From Clostridia bacterium (GTDB lineage Bacteria > Bacillota > Clostridia > Oscillospirales > CAG-272), in contig JAGAEA010000032.1 in assembly GCA_017613355.1 (NCBI GenBank), forward strand, positions 26,752 to 90,751: a stretch of 64,000 bases of DNA, given 5' to 3'. Of the stretch, positions 27,980-36,903 are shown one piece after another. The notes under the pieces were generated by a model. It worked only from the letters and a program-made list of their open reading frames with translations. It made no database searches and had not been told where the DNA came from. How positions within the stretch are numbered: the stretch's first letter is position 1; every line of letters starts with the position of its first letter. The position numbers were made by a program, and so were the translations under genes.

Positions 27980-29386
27980 TCATTCCATTGTTTGCCCCTC
28001 ATCCGGAGCAGGGATGTTCTCCCGTTCGATACAGCTGCAAAGCCGCAAACAGTCCACCGCAAAGGCGTTCCACTGACGGTTTTGCACCTGCCTTTCTTTG
28101 AATGAGAACAAGTCTTTTTCTTGTAATTGTGCCTTTAAAACGCCAAAAGAACGCCGCAGGGAGGCGATCTGGCTGTCCCCGTTCTCCTTATCCCGATGGG
28201 GCTTGTATGCCGCTTGCAGGGCGTTCTGACGGGTGTTCCAATCCGTTTGGACGCCTGTTTGCCGTTCCCTGCAGGCAAGGAAGGCAAGAACCGATTCGGC
28301 GGCACTCTGATATTCTCCCCGATCCAGGTACCGTTCCATATCCCGCAGGAAGTCCTCTTGCAGGTATCCGCGCGCCGCCTGATACCGTTGCAGGATCTTT
28401 TGGTAGTCGGGATCCTGTTCGGAAAGCGAGGAGATCTTCTCCTTCATCTGTTCGAGGTTCGGGTGTTCGCTTGACAGGATCGGGGTTCTGCCGTTCCGTT
28501 CTTTCAGGTCTTCGTCCCAATCCTTATTCTTGGGAAGGATACGGAACACCTCGTATGTTCCGGCATTGTGGATGCTTTCGGCTACCCGATAGGCACCCTC
28601 AATGCCTGCGGAATCGTGGTCGAGGCAGAGATAGACGGTTTTGAGATGGGGATAGGTTTTGAGCATCCAAAGCGCGGCACAGTCCGCTGTCGAGCAGAGG
28701 GCAACATAGGAATGCTGCTGCCAGTCGGTTTTATGCAGGGAGATGTATGCCAACAGATCGATCGGGGCTTCAAACACATAGAGCCGGTCGGAAGTGCCGA
28801 CATAGTGAAAACTGTAATCTGCCTGACTGCCGGGCAGGTTTCCCTTATAGCCGGACTGCGAAGAAGTTGCTCGTTTCTGAATGTGATGCGGGACGCCGTT
28901 CTCATCGGTTCCTACGAACACCGCACCGTGATGTTCCGCATCTTCATAGAGCAGATCCGCGTGTGTGAACACCCGAACCACATCCCGATCCAGAAACCGT
29001 TCGTAAAGCAAATAGGCGTACAAACGGCGCATATCCGCGTTCTTAGGCGGGAGAATCAACTCTTTGGGTTCTGCTTTCGGTTTTTGTTTGGCTTCCGCTG
29101 ACGGTTGCGGCGTAGCAGGACTGCTGCCTTGTCCGAGCAAATCCCGCACGGCTTCCGGAAAAGATTTGCCGAAGAACTTCTGTACGAATCCGACCGGGCC
29201 GCCGCCGGTCTGTTCGTATTGGGAGTACCATTGGCTTCCGTTGATGGAAACCTTTCCGGACGGAGAATCCCAGGTATGCTCCCGTCCAGTTTTTCTCACG
29301 GTTTCACCGTGGGAGAGCAGGTAGGACACGATATCCGCGTTGTTGGCGGCTTGCTTGTCCTGCTCCGAAAATGGAATGTATGGCAT
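27980..29386 (-). CDS. DUF3991/Toprim domain primase-like protein
   Basis: 468 aa. The N-terminal block (ADIVSYLLSHGE...WDSPSGKVSINGSQWYSQYE) and a Toprim-like core (VFEAPIDLLAY...CLDHDSAG) are typical of conjugative-element primases. Confidence 0.7.
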   Translation of the reverse strand: MPYIPFSEQDKQAANNADIVSYLLSHGETVRKTGREHTWDSPSGKVSINGSQWYSQYEQTGGGPVGFVQKFFGKSFPEAVRDLLGQGSSPATPQPSAEAKQKPKAEPKELILPPKNADMRRLYAYLLYERFLDRDVVRVFTHADLLYEDAEHHGAVFVGTDENGVPHHIQKRATSSQSGYKGNLPGSQADYSFHYVGTSDRLYVFEAPIDLLAYISLHKTDWQQHSYVALCSTADCAALWMLKTYPHLKTVYLCLDHDSAGIEGAYRVAESIHNAGTYEVFRILPKNKDWDEDLKERNGRTPILSSEHPNLEQMKEKISSLSEQDPDYQKILQRYQAARGYLQEDFLRDMERYLDRGEYQSAAESVLAFLACRERQTGVQTDWNTRQNALQAAYKPHRDKENGDSQIASLRRSFGVLKAQLQEKDLFSFKERQVQNRQWNAFAVDCLRLCSCIERENIPAPDEGQTME

Positions 29387-29431
29387 TTTTACTCCTTTTT
29401 GAATATCAATTATTTTATTTTTGCAAAACTA

Positions 29432-29460
29432 TTGACAGACATGAGAAACTGTGATATAAT
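29432..29460 (+). promoter_or_regulatory. Near-consensus sigma-A promoter for the XRE regulator
   Basis: TTGACA (29432-29437), an exact 17-nt spacer ending in TGa, then TATAAT (29455-29460). Confidence 0.7.
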
Positions 29461-29492
29461 GAATCACAATCCATTTTTAAGGGGAAAATCAT

Positions 29493-29966
29493 ATGGCTGT
29501 CTATTATCATAAGTTGTGGGCTTTGTTGCAAGAAAAAAAGATGACACAAAAAACGCTTACCGAAACGACCGGTATTTCCACTGCCACCGTCTTTCAGATG
29601 AAACGGAACGAAAATGTGTCCTTGGGTGTGTTGGACCGGATCGCAACGGTGTTGCAATGTGACTTCAAGGATATGATTACAAACGTTGCTCCGTTCCAGG
29701 AACAATCTTCCGGATTCGGATCCATTCTGGATCTCCACCGCAATCCGGAGCTTGTCCTGTCCGCCCTTACGGATTACATGGAGCAGGAAAACCTTTCTGT
29801 GAAGGATGTTCTGGAAATTACGACGCTTTCCCTGAATACCTTGAAAAAGCTCCTGAACGGGGGGCAGATCAGTCAGAATTCCTGTTACAAGTTGTTGCGA
29901 CTTGGAACAGAGTTTGAGAATTTAATTGCCAAGAAATACGGAAAACCCCTTTTTAGTTTCTTGTAA
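29493..29966 (+). CDS. XRE family transcriptional regulator with a second degenerate HTH
   Basis: The N-terminal HTH is MTQKTLTETTGISTATVFQMKRNE. A second HTH-like segment, LSVKDVLEITTLSLNTLKKLLNG, follows. Confidence 0.75.
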   Translation: MAVYYHKLWALLQEKKMTQKTLTETTGISTATVFQMKRNENVSLGVLDRIATVLQCDFKDMITNVAPFQEQSSGFGSILDLHRNPELVLSALTDYMEQENLSVKDVLEITTLSLNTLKKLLNGGQISQNSCYKLLRLGTEFENLIAKKYGKPLFSFL

Positions 29967-30023
29967 CAATCATACGAACCACTTGTAACATTCGCATCGA
30001 GTGAAGGGGAGTAAACAAAAATA

Positions 30024-30446
30024 ATGAAAACCATTTCATTGACGGTTATTGCGGACGCCATTGAAGAAACGATGGACGGTTGGAAACAGTATTACAATAC
30101 GACCACCGGAGAGATCAAATCCATTCCGGATATTGATAACCCGTATATTTCCATGGATGGGTTTCTTGATACAGCCGATGAAATTGATTCATCTGACGAA
30201 TGGCGCCTACTTCCGACGCAATGGGAACTTCATGAATACGATATCATGGAACGGTTTGCAGAAGAGCAGGACAGCGAGCAATTGTTTCACGCATTGCGCG
30301 GAAGAAAACCGTTTCGCACCTTCAAAGACAACTTGGCACAACTGAATCTGTCTGAATATTATTAGCGTTTCCGTACCCGTGCATATATGGAAATTGCACG
30401 GAATTGGTGTAGAAAACACGGCATCCCGTTTACGGATCCATATTGA
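30024..30446 (+). pseudogene. UPF0158-like gene interrupted by an in-frame TAG at 30363-30365
   Basis: The ORF 30024..30365 ends ...LSEYY*. The same frame continues RFRTRAYMEIARNWCRKHGIPFTDPY* to 30446, which matches the expected C-terminal helix of the family. Confidence 0.5.
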
Positions 30447-30614
30447 GAATAATTGCGTCTTTCCGCAAAAATATTCAATAGATTCATTTTTGAAGAACTT
30501 CTTTAATAGAACAGCGCAAATTGCAATAGCAAGTTGCGGATTATTTTTCAATAAAACATCAAAATACCCAACCGTTTCCGCGATATGCTTTTTCACTTTT
30601 TTCTCAAAAAGCGG

Positions 30615-30643
30615 TTGACAAAACCACTCTTTTCGGCTATAAT
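30615..30643 (+). promoter_or_regulatory. Consensus sigma-A promoter for the AAA+ ATPase gene
   Basis: TTGACA (30615-30620), a 17-nt spacer, then TATAAT (30638-30643). Confidence 0.7.
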
Positions 30644-30681
30644 AAGATTGTATCGTATTTTAGCCGTTAGGAGGGCGTAAT

Positions 30682-31908
30682 ATGCCGTATATACACAGAA
30701 CAATTGAAAAAAAGATTACGGAAGTCAGCAAAGAATACAGTTGTGTAATTCTGATCGGACCCCGGCAAGTCGGAAAATCGACCGTTTTTCGTCACCTGAT
30801 GGAAGGTACTCCCCGGAAAGAAGTTACGCTTGATGACATGACGGAGCGGAGACTTGCAAAGGAAGATCCGGCATTGTTCCTTGAAATGCACCCCGCGCCT
30901 GTCCTGATCGACGAGATTCAGTACGCACCGGAGTTATTCTCCTATATCAAGATCAAAGCGGATAACGGCGCCGCCCCCGGTTCCTACTGGCTGACAGGGT
31001 CACAAGCTTTTCGACTGATGACCCTCGCGCAAGAATCACTTGCCGGAAGAGCGGCTATCTTGCACTTGTCCTCCCTCTCACAAGCAGAACTGTACGGGGA
31101 CGGTATTTCTTCTCCGTTTACACTTGATCTCTCTGCGTTGAACGAACGCGCGACGCACCAACAGCCGGCAACCGCACAGGCCATTTACGAACGGATCTGG
31201 CTCGGCGGGCTGCCGGGATACCGTAGCGAAAAATATACCGACCGCGATGTATTTTTCGGTTCCTATGTGCAAACCTATATTGACCGCGACGTTTCGGATA
31301 TGATCGCCGGCGTAGACAAACTGCTTTATGCTGATTTCATCCGCGCAGTCGCCTGCCGCGCCGGGCAAATGCTCAATGTGCATGACGTAGCAATGGACAT
31401 TGGCGTATCGGACGATACGGCGAAGCGGTGGCTTGCCGTATTGGAAAAATCGGAAGTAATCTTCTATCTGCGACCCTTCTCCAACAATTTGATCAAGCGA
31501 ACGGTCAAAACACCGAAACTCTATTTCTTTGACACGGGATTGGTCGCCTATCTGACGCGGTATCCGAGTCCCGATGTGTTGATGAACGGTGCGATCAACG
31601 GGGCAATCCTTGAAAACTATATTGTTTCGGAAATTGTTAAAACGTACCGCAACCAAGCCAAAGATTGCCTGCTTCACTACTACCGCGACAAAGACGCTAA
31701 CGAGATTGACCTTGTGATGGAAGACAGCGGAGCGCTTCATCCGATGGAAATCAAAAAAGCGACAAATCCCCGAGCGGAATTGGTTGGCGCGTTCAGATTG
31801 TTGGACAAAGCATCTATGCCACGCGGAGTTGGCGCGATCCTTTGTTTGAGGGAAACACTTTCCGCAATTGACCGGCAGAATTTGATTGTTCCTGCTTGGC
31901 TGATTTGA
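30682..31908 (+). CDS. AAA+ ATPase with C-terminal DUF4143-type domain
   Basis: 408 aa. It has the Walker A motif GPRQVGKST, Walker B LIDEIQ and the architecture typical of the AAA_14/DUF4143 family. The RBS is AGGAGGG. Confidence 0.7.
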   Translation: MPYIHRTIEKKITEVSKEYSCVILIGPRQVGKSTVFRHLMEGTPRKEVTLDDMTERRLAKEDPALFLEMHPAPVLIDEIQYAPELFSYIKIKADNGAAPGSYWLTGSQAFRLMTLAQESLAGRAAILHLSSLSQAELYGDGISSPFTLDLSALNERATHQQPATAQAIYERIWLGGLPGYRSEKYTDRDVFFGSYVQTYIDRDVSDMIAGVDKLLYADFIRAVACRAGQMLNVHDVAMDIGVSDDTAKRWLAVLEKSEVIFYLRPFSNNLIKRTVKTPKLYFFDTGLVAYLTRYPSPDVLMNGAINGAILENYIVSEIVKTYRNQAKDCLLHYYRDKDANEIDLVMEDSGALHPMEIKKATNPRAELVGAFRLLDKASMPRGVGAILCLRETLSAIDRQNLIVPAWLI

Positions 31909-31972
31909 GTTTCGCAAATACCAACGAAAGACTGAACATGAATATCAATCCGTCGCTGTCCGGTCTTTTACT

Positions 31973-33280
31973 CTAAAATATAATTTCCGCATTCTTCTTT
32001 GCCTCGATCTCCCGCCGTTGCTTTTTATCGACTGTGGGGTGTTTGCTTCCATTATCCGAAACTTTCTCCCGGAACAAGTTGCAGAGATACCCGAACAGCC
32101 GACTGACGGCGGGAGCGCAAGTCGGCTTTTGATACGGCGGCAGGATCTTGACCTTTCCGTTATCGTCCACACGGATCCGCATGGCTTCCCGGATAATTTC
32201 ATTCTTGATTGACTTGAATTCTTTGTTCTGGGACAGCGGGATCTTTGGGAGCAGTTCGCTCGTATACGTTTTGAGAATCTCGTATTTTTTCTCATACCAC
32301 AGGTTGTACAGCCGCCGGATATTCTCATCCTCTGCCAGCAGATCCACGATCGAATCAATAAGGTCTTTGACATCTCGTTTGAGGTAGCCATAGACCTTTT
32401 TGCCTTTGATGCGGAACAACCGTTCGGAGAGCAACAGCAACTTTTCTTCAATGGCGGGATTGGCGTATTCCTTTCTGTTCATTTGTTGCAGGATGCTTTC
32501 CAGCAATTCCTTCCAATCCTTTTTGAGGACATTCCGGCGGTCTGTTTGCTCCCTGTAAACATGGTCAAGTTCATCCCGGAAGATGGTCTGTCCCAATACC
32601 GAGCGCATCTTGCGAACGCCTTTTTTGGATAGATACCCGACCTTCGGATCATCCGTATATGCCAACAGATGGATATGCGGGTGGTGCGATTCGTTATGAA
32701 AGGCGGCATACCAACGGAGATCGGGGAGAGGGATCTTGAGTGCGTCCGCCAATTCCTGTGTGTGGGAGCGAAGTAGCGTTCTCCACTTGTTCGCGTTGTT
32801 GTATCCCAATCGTTCCGCGTCTTCCCGTCGAAGGGAAACGATCACCGTCCAGACATTGCCCCTGTGTTCGTTCAGTTCTTCCGACACGCGGGAGAGGACG
32901 ATTTCGGTATCGTCCTCGGTGAACAGTCCGTGCGCGCCTTGTTTCTCAACGCCGGGACGGGTGGCAATGTAGTCCGCGTAGGTTTTCCTGCCCATAGCAG
33001 ACTGGGCGTTGTCCTCGATGGCGCGGGAGATAAACTCCGAGGCGTTTCCGATCGTAGGGGTTTTGACATAATCCTCATACTCGAGCATTTCCGCGCTATC
33101 GGGGTAGTCCCGCAGCAGACGGGCGACCAGTTCCTTCTGGTTGTAGGTAACAGGCGCAAATTTCTTGCTGTCGTCGCACCTTTCCACACCTTCTCGGGTG
33201 GCGATGTATTTGAGATACCCACCGATCTTCTTTCGCCCGCCGGGTTTGTAGTAGCGGAACTTGGTTACGAGTTTTGCCAT
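31973..33280 (-). CDS. MobL/MobP3-type conjugative relaxase
   Basis: The N-terminus is FRYYKPGGRKKIGGYLKYIATREGVE and the histidine triad region is HNESHHPHIHLLAY. It overlaps the accessory gene. Confidence 0.7.
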   Translation of the reverse strand: MAKLVTKFRYYKPGGRKKIGGYLKYIATREGVERCDDSKKFAPVTYNQKELVARLLRDYPDSAEMLEYEDYVKTPTIGNASEFISRAIEDNAQSAMGRKTYADYIATRPGVEKQGAHGLFTEDDTEIVLSRVSEELNEHRGNVWTVIVSLRREDAERLGYNNANKWRTLLRSHTQELADALKIPLPDLRWYAAFHNESHHPHIHLLAYTDDPKVGYLSKKGVRKMRSVLGQTIFRDELDHVYREQTDRRNVLKKDWKELLESILQQMNRKEYANPAIEEKLLLLSERLFRIKGKKVYGYLKRDVKDLIDSIVDLLAEDENIRRLYNLWYEKKYEILKTYTSELLPKIPLSQNKEFKSIKNEIIREAMRIRVDDNGKVKILPPYQKPTCAPAVSRLFGYLCNLFREKVSDNGSKHPTVDKKQRREIEAKKNAEIIF

Positions 33281-33696
33281 CTGACCGCGTCCTCAACCCG
33301 AAGCGTTCCGTTGAGCCGCTTGACTTCTTCCTCACAGGACTCCCGCAGAGCGCGGACGTCCTTACCGGCAAACCCGTTGCTTGCCGCCAGCACATTCATG
33401 AGAACCGACAGTTCCACCGCCACCCGGTATAGTTGAGAATATTGCCGTTCCTCGCTCTCCCGAACAATGGCTTTGAGCGTGGAGATCACGGCGCGGGGAA
33501 AGAAGTCGGTGTTCTGACCGCTTGAAACGTAACCGCTGTAAAAGGAAATCGCCTTTTCAATGAATTCGCTTGTGCTGGCGCAGTTGTCTTCCGCACACCA
33601 TTTTCGTGCCAATTCCATCGTCTTCGGATAGATATAAACAGAAAAGCGTTCTTTCTTTTCCGTTTGTTCTTGTTTTTGTTCTGTTTGTTTTTTCAT
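33265..33696 (-). CDS. Relaxosome accessory (MobC/RHH-like) protein
   Basis: It is a small basic protein directly upstream of, and overlapping, the relaxase gene. An AAAGGAG RBS precedes the ATG at 33696. Confidence 0.5.
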   Translation of the reverse strand: MKKQTEQKQEQTEKKERFSVYIYPKTMELARKWCAEDNCASTSEFIEKAISFYSGYVSSGQNTDFFPRAVISTLKAIVRESEERQYSQLYRVAVELSVLMNVLAASNGFAGKDVRALRESCEEEVKRLNGTLRVEDAVRWQNS

Positions 33697-33720
33697 ATTG
33701 CTCCTTTCCCGACTACACAC

Positions 33721-33946
33721 CGTTTATCTCCCGTAGGAAAGCCGAATCTGCCGGAATCAAACCCTTGATGACACACCGATTTTTGCAAAAATGCGGATTT
33801 CTACACACCGCGAAAAGGCGGTCGGCTCTGCCGTCCGAGGTGATTTTTGAGTGTGCATTGCACACTCATTTTCTCCCGCTTTACTTTCGACCGTGCATTT
33901 GACCCCGCAATTTGGCTGTTTTGAGCCATACGGTATGCAAATTTCG
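33721..33946. other. Candidate oriT region
   Basis: This non-coding stretch lies upstream of the accessory and relaxase genes. It contains a 10-bp-arm inverted repeat at 33848-33868 (tgagtgtgca t tgcacactca). It also contains the perfect palindrome atttttgcaaaaat at 33779-33792 and the direct repeat acacaccg at 33771 and 33803. Confidence 0.4.
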
Positions 33947-35092
33947 TTACATTGTCATGCCACCTATGTCGGTTTCTTCTTCCTTCGGACCGAGTTCTTC
34001 CGCACATATTTCCCGAACATCATCGGGCAGTTTTTCGAGAATCGCTTCTTCCACATCCTCCCGGGACCAGCCGTAAGGTTCCAGAAATCCACCGAGATAC
34101 AGATACTCCGTGAAGTCATGAAAGAGTTCCGACAGGTATGGTTTCATTTGCTCAACAGTCGGTTTTGCCTTTCCCTCGAAGTACCCTTCGATCCCTTTGC
34201 TTTCCAGAAAAGTGTGATCGCTTTTGGCATCTGCGTACAGGCAAGTCACATAGTGCAGGTCGGTCTGCAAGAGCGTTAAAGCGGCATCACAGAAGATTTT
34301 CCGGGCATAGTAATAGCTGCGGACTTCGTCGCTTTCGGAAAAGGAAATCCAGTCCTTCGGACGGATTCCGTAGTCACCAATATGTTCAACGAGTTCCTGA
34401 TAGGAATTTGCGGGATCGGCGGAAAGACCGTCTTCGTTTTTATGGATGCGAAAGATCGGGACACCGCTTTGGAACCAATGCTTGGCACAACGTCTTCCGG
34501 TGAGAAGGAATTCTTCTGGTCCGGTTTCGGTATTTGCCCGGCTGGTGGTGATGGGAAGCGTTTTCAGAAACGCTTCAGCGAGGTCTTTGTTCTCAAATAC
34601 CACTCTGCCGCCAGACCGATACCAATCCCGGAGAACCGAATCATAGACACCGTAGACGTTGGAATCTTCGATCTTGCCGGAATAGTACCGGCTTCCGAAC
34701 GGATGATAAGAAGAGGTGAACAACCGGTAATCCGGGAGCAGAAATGCTTTTTGATGTTGCTCCCGAAGCTTGTATGCATTGTAAATGATCAGAGGCGGAT
34801 TGCCCCCATCCTCAAACACCATCTTCTCGATCGTACAATCGGTCACTTCTCCCGACTCGGAATAAAGACCGACCTCATCGACCTTCATGTTTTGCAGTTC
34901 CCGGATGCGTCCGTTGGCGTATTCTTCTCCAAAACAGACGCCTTTGTAACGCGCGGAGAAGCCGGTTTCGGTTCGCTCGATTTCACTCTCGTCCCAATTC
35001 AGGGAAACGGTCTGACCGGTTCCGAGACGTACTTCGATGTAATCGATGAACAGATCCGGGCTGCTTGTCGTTACGTCAACAGACAGAATCAC
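33947..35092 (-). CDS. Hypothetical acidic-tailed conjugative-element protein
   Basis: The long ORF is clearly coding. The likely start is the GTG at 35092, which overlaps the upstream TGA (GTGA) with GGGAGGG 8 nt upstream. The track start at 35140 would overlap the upstream gene by 52 nt. The protein ends ...EEETDIGGMTM. Confidence 0.6.
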   Translation of the reverse strand: MILSVDVTTSSPDLFIDYIEVRLGTGQTVSLNWDESEIERTETGFSARYKGVCFGEEYANGRIRELQNMKVDEVGLYSESGEVTDCTIEKMVFEDGGNPPLIIYNAYKLREQHQKAFLLPDYRLFTSSYHPFGSRYYSGKIEDSNVYGVYDSVLRDWYRSGGRVVFENKDLAEAFLKTLPITTSRANTETGPEEFLLTGRRCAKHWFQSGVPIFRIHKNEDGLSADPANSYQELVEHIGDYGIRPKDWISFSESDEVRSYYYARKIFCDAALTLLQTDLHYVTCLYADAKSDHTFLESKGIEGYFEGKAKPTVEQMKPYLSELFHDFTEYLYLGGFLEPYGWSREDVEEAILEKLPDDVREICAEELGPKEEETDIGGMTM

Positions 35093-35970
35093 AGCGTCAT
35101 CCCTCCCATTCCTTGTTCTTCGGCATCCTCGGTCAGCCACTTTTCCGAGTCCTCAACCGAGCAATAGCCCGCCAACATATAGGAGAACGCACACAGTCGT
35201 TCGGGATCACACCCGCTGACCTCGATCTGGGTTCCGTAGGGACCTTCGCTGATGCGCTCGACTTTTGCGCCGAGAACGTCAGCCCAATCCTTCTTACCTT
35301 GCTCGGTCAGCGTGTTCTGATTGAGTTCGACGATGGTGGCGAGGTCGTGTTCCTCGTCCGAATCCAGCAGATGCACGTCTTCCAGATCGCAGCCCATCAG
35401 AGAGAAGACGGTCAGGACGCGTTCGCTCGCCGTAGCGGTTTCGGGCATCTGTTCCAGAGCGGCGGTGATCTGCAAAGAGTCCTCGGTCGCAATCACCTGA
35501 TCCACTTCCTCCCGGCTTTCGAGTTCTTCCAGAAGAAGCGTTCCGATGCCATTGTTCGGGGTGACGGTCAGGTCAAGGTGTTCCTTGATGTCATCGAACC
35601 CGATCAGCCATGCGCCGTCCTCGCTTTCTCCAAACCGCCCGTTCAGGATCGCGTCGGCAACGCGGCAGATCTCGTCCGAGAGAATCAGACGCGCACGGGG
35701 AAGGTAGGAAGAATACCGGGCATAGAAGGAACCTTCGGAATTGACGAGGATGCCGTCTTCTTCACCTTTGCATAACACCAGAAGCGCGTGCGTCCGATTG
35801 CCGTCGTCATAGAGAAAATTGGCGTGCGTAACGATAAAGTCATAGTCCAACAGGAGATTGGAGCAGAAGCGATCAAACTGTTCTTTGTCCAGTTCTTCCA
35901 CCGCGACAATGTCCGTATCCTGCAGGACCGGTTCCGGTTCTTTTCGTTCAAACCGTGTTTTGAGTATCAT
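35089..35970 (-). CDS. Hypothetical strongly acidic protein
   Basis: 293 aa with a GGAGG RBS and an ATGA overlap with the upstream gene. It ends ...EEQGMGGMTL. Confidence 0.6.
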   Translation of the reverse strand: MILKTRFERKEPEPVLQDTDIVAVEELDKEQFDRFCSNLLLDYDFIVTHANFLYDDGNRTHALLVLCKGEEDGILVNSEGSFYARYSSYLPRARLILSDEICRVADAILNGRFGESEDGAWLIGFDDIKEHLDLTVTPNNGIGTLLLEELESREEVDQVIATEDSLQITAALEQMPETATASERVLTVFSLMGCDLEDVHLLDSDEEHDLATIVELNQNTLTEQGKKDWADVLGAKVERISEGPYGTQIEVSGCDPERLCAFSYMLAGYCSVEDSEKWLTEDAEEQGMGGMTL

Positions 35971-36452
35971 GGTGTACCTCCGTATAGATTTTGAAATTCA
36001 GCTCTGTCGGCATCGGTAAACGCGATGCCGAACGCAGAGGAGATGTTGGAAAGCAGATCTGCTTCCTCGCTTCGGTTGAGAAAACAGTCCGCATAGGTCT
36101 GATAGAACCCTTCCTCGGATTCCCGACCGACGAGGCAGGAGAGGTAGATCACCTGTCCCGCCTCGATGTCCCGTTCGGACAGTTCGTAGGAACGGAAGGT
36201 TTCCGCAATGGCGTTCAGTTGGTATTCATAGGCCAGGATGCTGTTTGCGGACGAAGGGACGATGCCTTCGACCTCGCCGCCGCCTGCCATCCAGCCGAAC
36301 AGTCCGTAGACGGCGATGACCGGAAGGAGGACGATGACGAGGGCGATCCCGATGACGTAACCGAGGAATTTTCGCCCGTTTTTATCACCTGCAAGGGCGA
36401 CCAGCAGTTTTTTGCCGATAGCGGCGAGTGTTGCTCCGATTGCGACGTCCAC
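35967..36452 (-). CDS. Hypothetical membrane protein
   Basis: 161 aa with an N-terminal hydrophobic segment (LGYVIGIALVIVLLPVIAVYGLFGW). It has a GTG start with an AAGGAAG RBS. Confidence 0.55.
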   Translation of the reverse strand: MDVAIGATLAAIGKKLLVALAGDKNGRKFLGYVIGIALVIVLLPVIAVYGLFGWMAGGGEVEGIVPSSANSILAYEYQLNAIAETFRSYELSERDIEAGQVIYLSCLVGRESEEGFYQTYADCFLNRSEEADLLSNISSAFGIAFTDADRAEFQNLYGGTP

Positions 36453-36459
36453 CTTCCTT

Positions 36460-36822
36460 CTATAGTGTCATTTCGGGTTCGTCCGGCTCGTTTCTGGCAT
36501 ACAGCGGACTGACCGTTTCGCGGTCTATCAGGTTCCACATCATCTGCCGCAGGTCTTCATCCATGACGGTATCCGAACCGTATGCGGAGATCCAGTAGTC
36601 CCTGGCGATTTCCAGCGGATCCTCATATTGCATCAGGAATCGGATTTCTTCCTCGGAAAGTGCGTCCGGCAGGTTTTCGAGAATGACCTGCGAGGCATAG
36701 ATTTCTTCCGCGTATGCGATCAGATCCAAGGGATCCAATTGCTCCCAGAACGCTTTTCGGTTCTCATAGCATTCCAGAAGCCGTTCCCGCAGGGTCTGGC
36801 GCAGGGAGTTCAGTTCTTCCAT
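36460..36822 (-). CDS. Hypothetical small acidic protein
   Basis: An AAAGGAGAAA RBS precedes the ATG at 36822. It ends ...EPDEPEMTL. Confidence 0.55.
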   Translation of the reverse strand: MEELNSLRQTLRERLLECYENRKAFWEQLDPLDLIAYAEEIYASQVILENLPDALSEEEIRFLMQYEDPLEIARDYWISAYGSDTVMDEDLRQMMWNLIDRETVSPLYARNEPDEPEMTL

Positions 36823-36841
36823 TGGGTTTCTCCTTTTCGTA

Positions 36842-36880
36842 CAAAAATAAAAAAGCAACCGTCGTAAAAACGATTGCTTT
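36842..36880 (-). terminator. Intrinsic terminator of the HipA-like gene
   Basis: On the minus-strand RNA the stem is AAAGCAATCG/CGGTTGCTTT with a 9-nt loop, followed by TTTATTTTTGT. Confidence 0.6.
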
Positions 36881-36903
36881 TGCGTATAGAGTTCGCTTAA
36901 AAT

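Noticed and set aside
30363-30365. In-frame TAG read as pyrrolysine or as programmed readthrough.
   Set aside because: It is a single occurrence, no pyl genes are visible in the window, and TAG is used as an ordinary stop elsewhere (for example at 36460). A nonsense mutation is the simpler explanation.
30207-30596. 129-aa minus-strand ORF between the UPF0158-like and AAA+ ATPase genes.
   Set aside because: Half of it is antisense to the UPF0158-like gene. It has no RBS and no recognisable motif. At most its first ~55 codons could be a gene remnant.
33801-34007. Small ORFs within the candidate oriT region, including a possible 42-aa MAQNSQ... peptide.
   Set aside because: They have no Shine-Dalgarno sequence and a basic low-complexity translation. 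The region is better explained as oriT and promoter DNA.
33947-35140. The idea that the GGMT(L/M) tails are purely a by-product of embedded Shine-Dalgarno sequences.
   Set aside because: This is only partly true. GGAGG encoding Gly-Gly explains the overlapping cases at 35089, 57668, 58852, 59595 and 35967. The tails at 36460 and 58589 precede a separate SD, and the tail at 57087 precedes a terminator. I therefore kept the motif as a finding rather than dismissing it.
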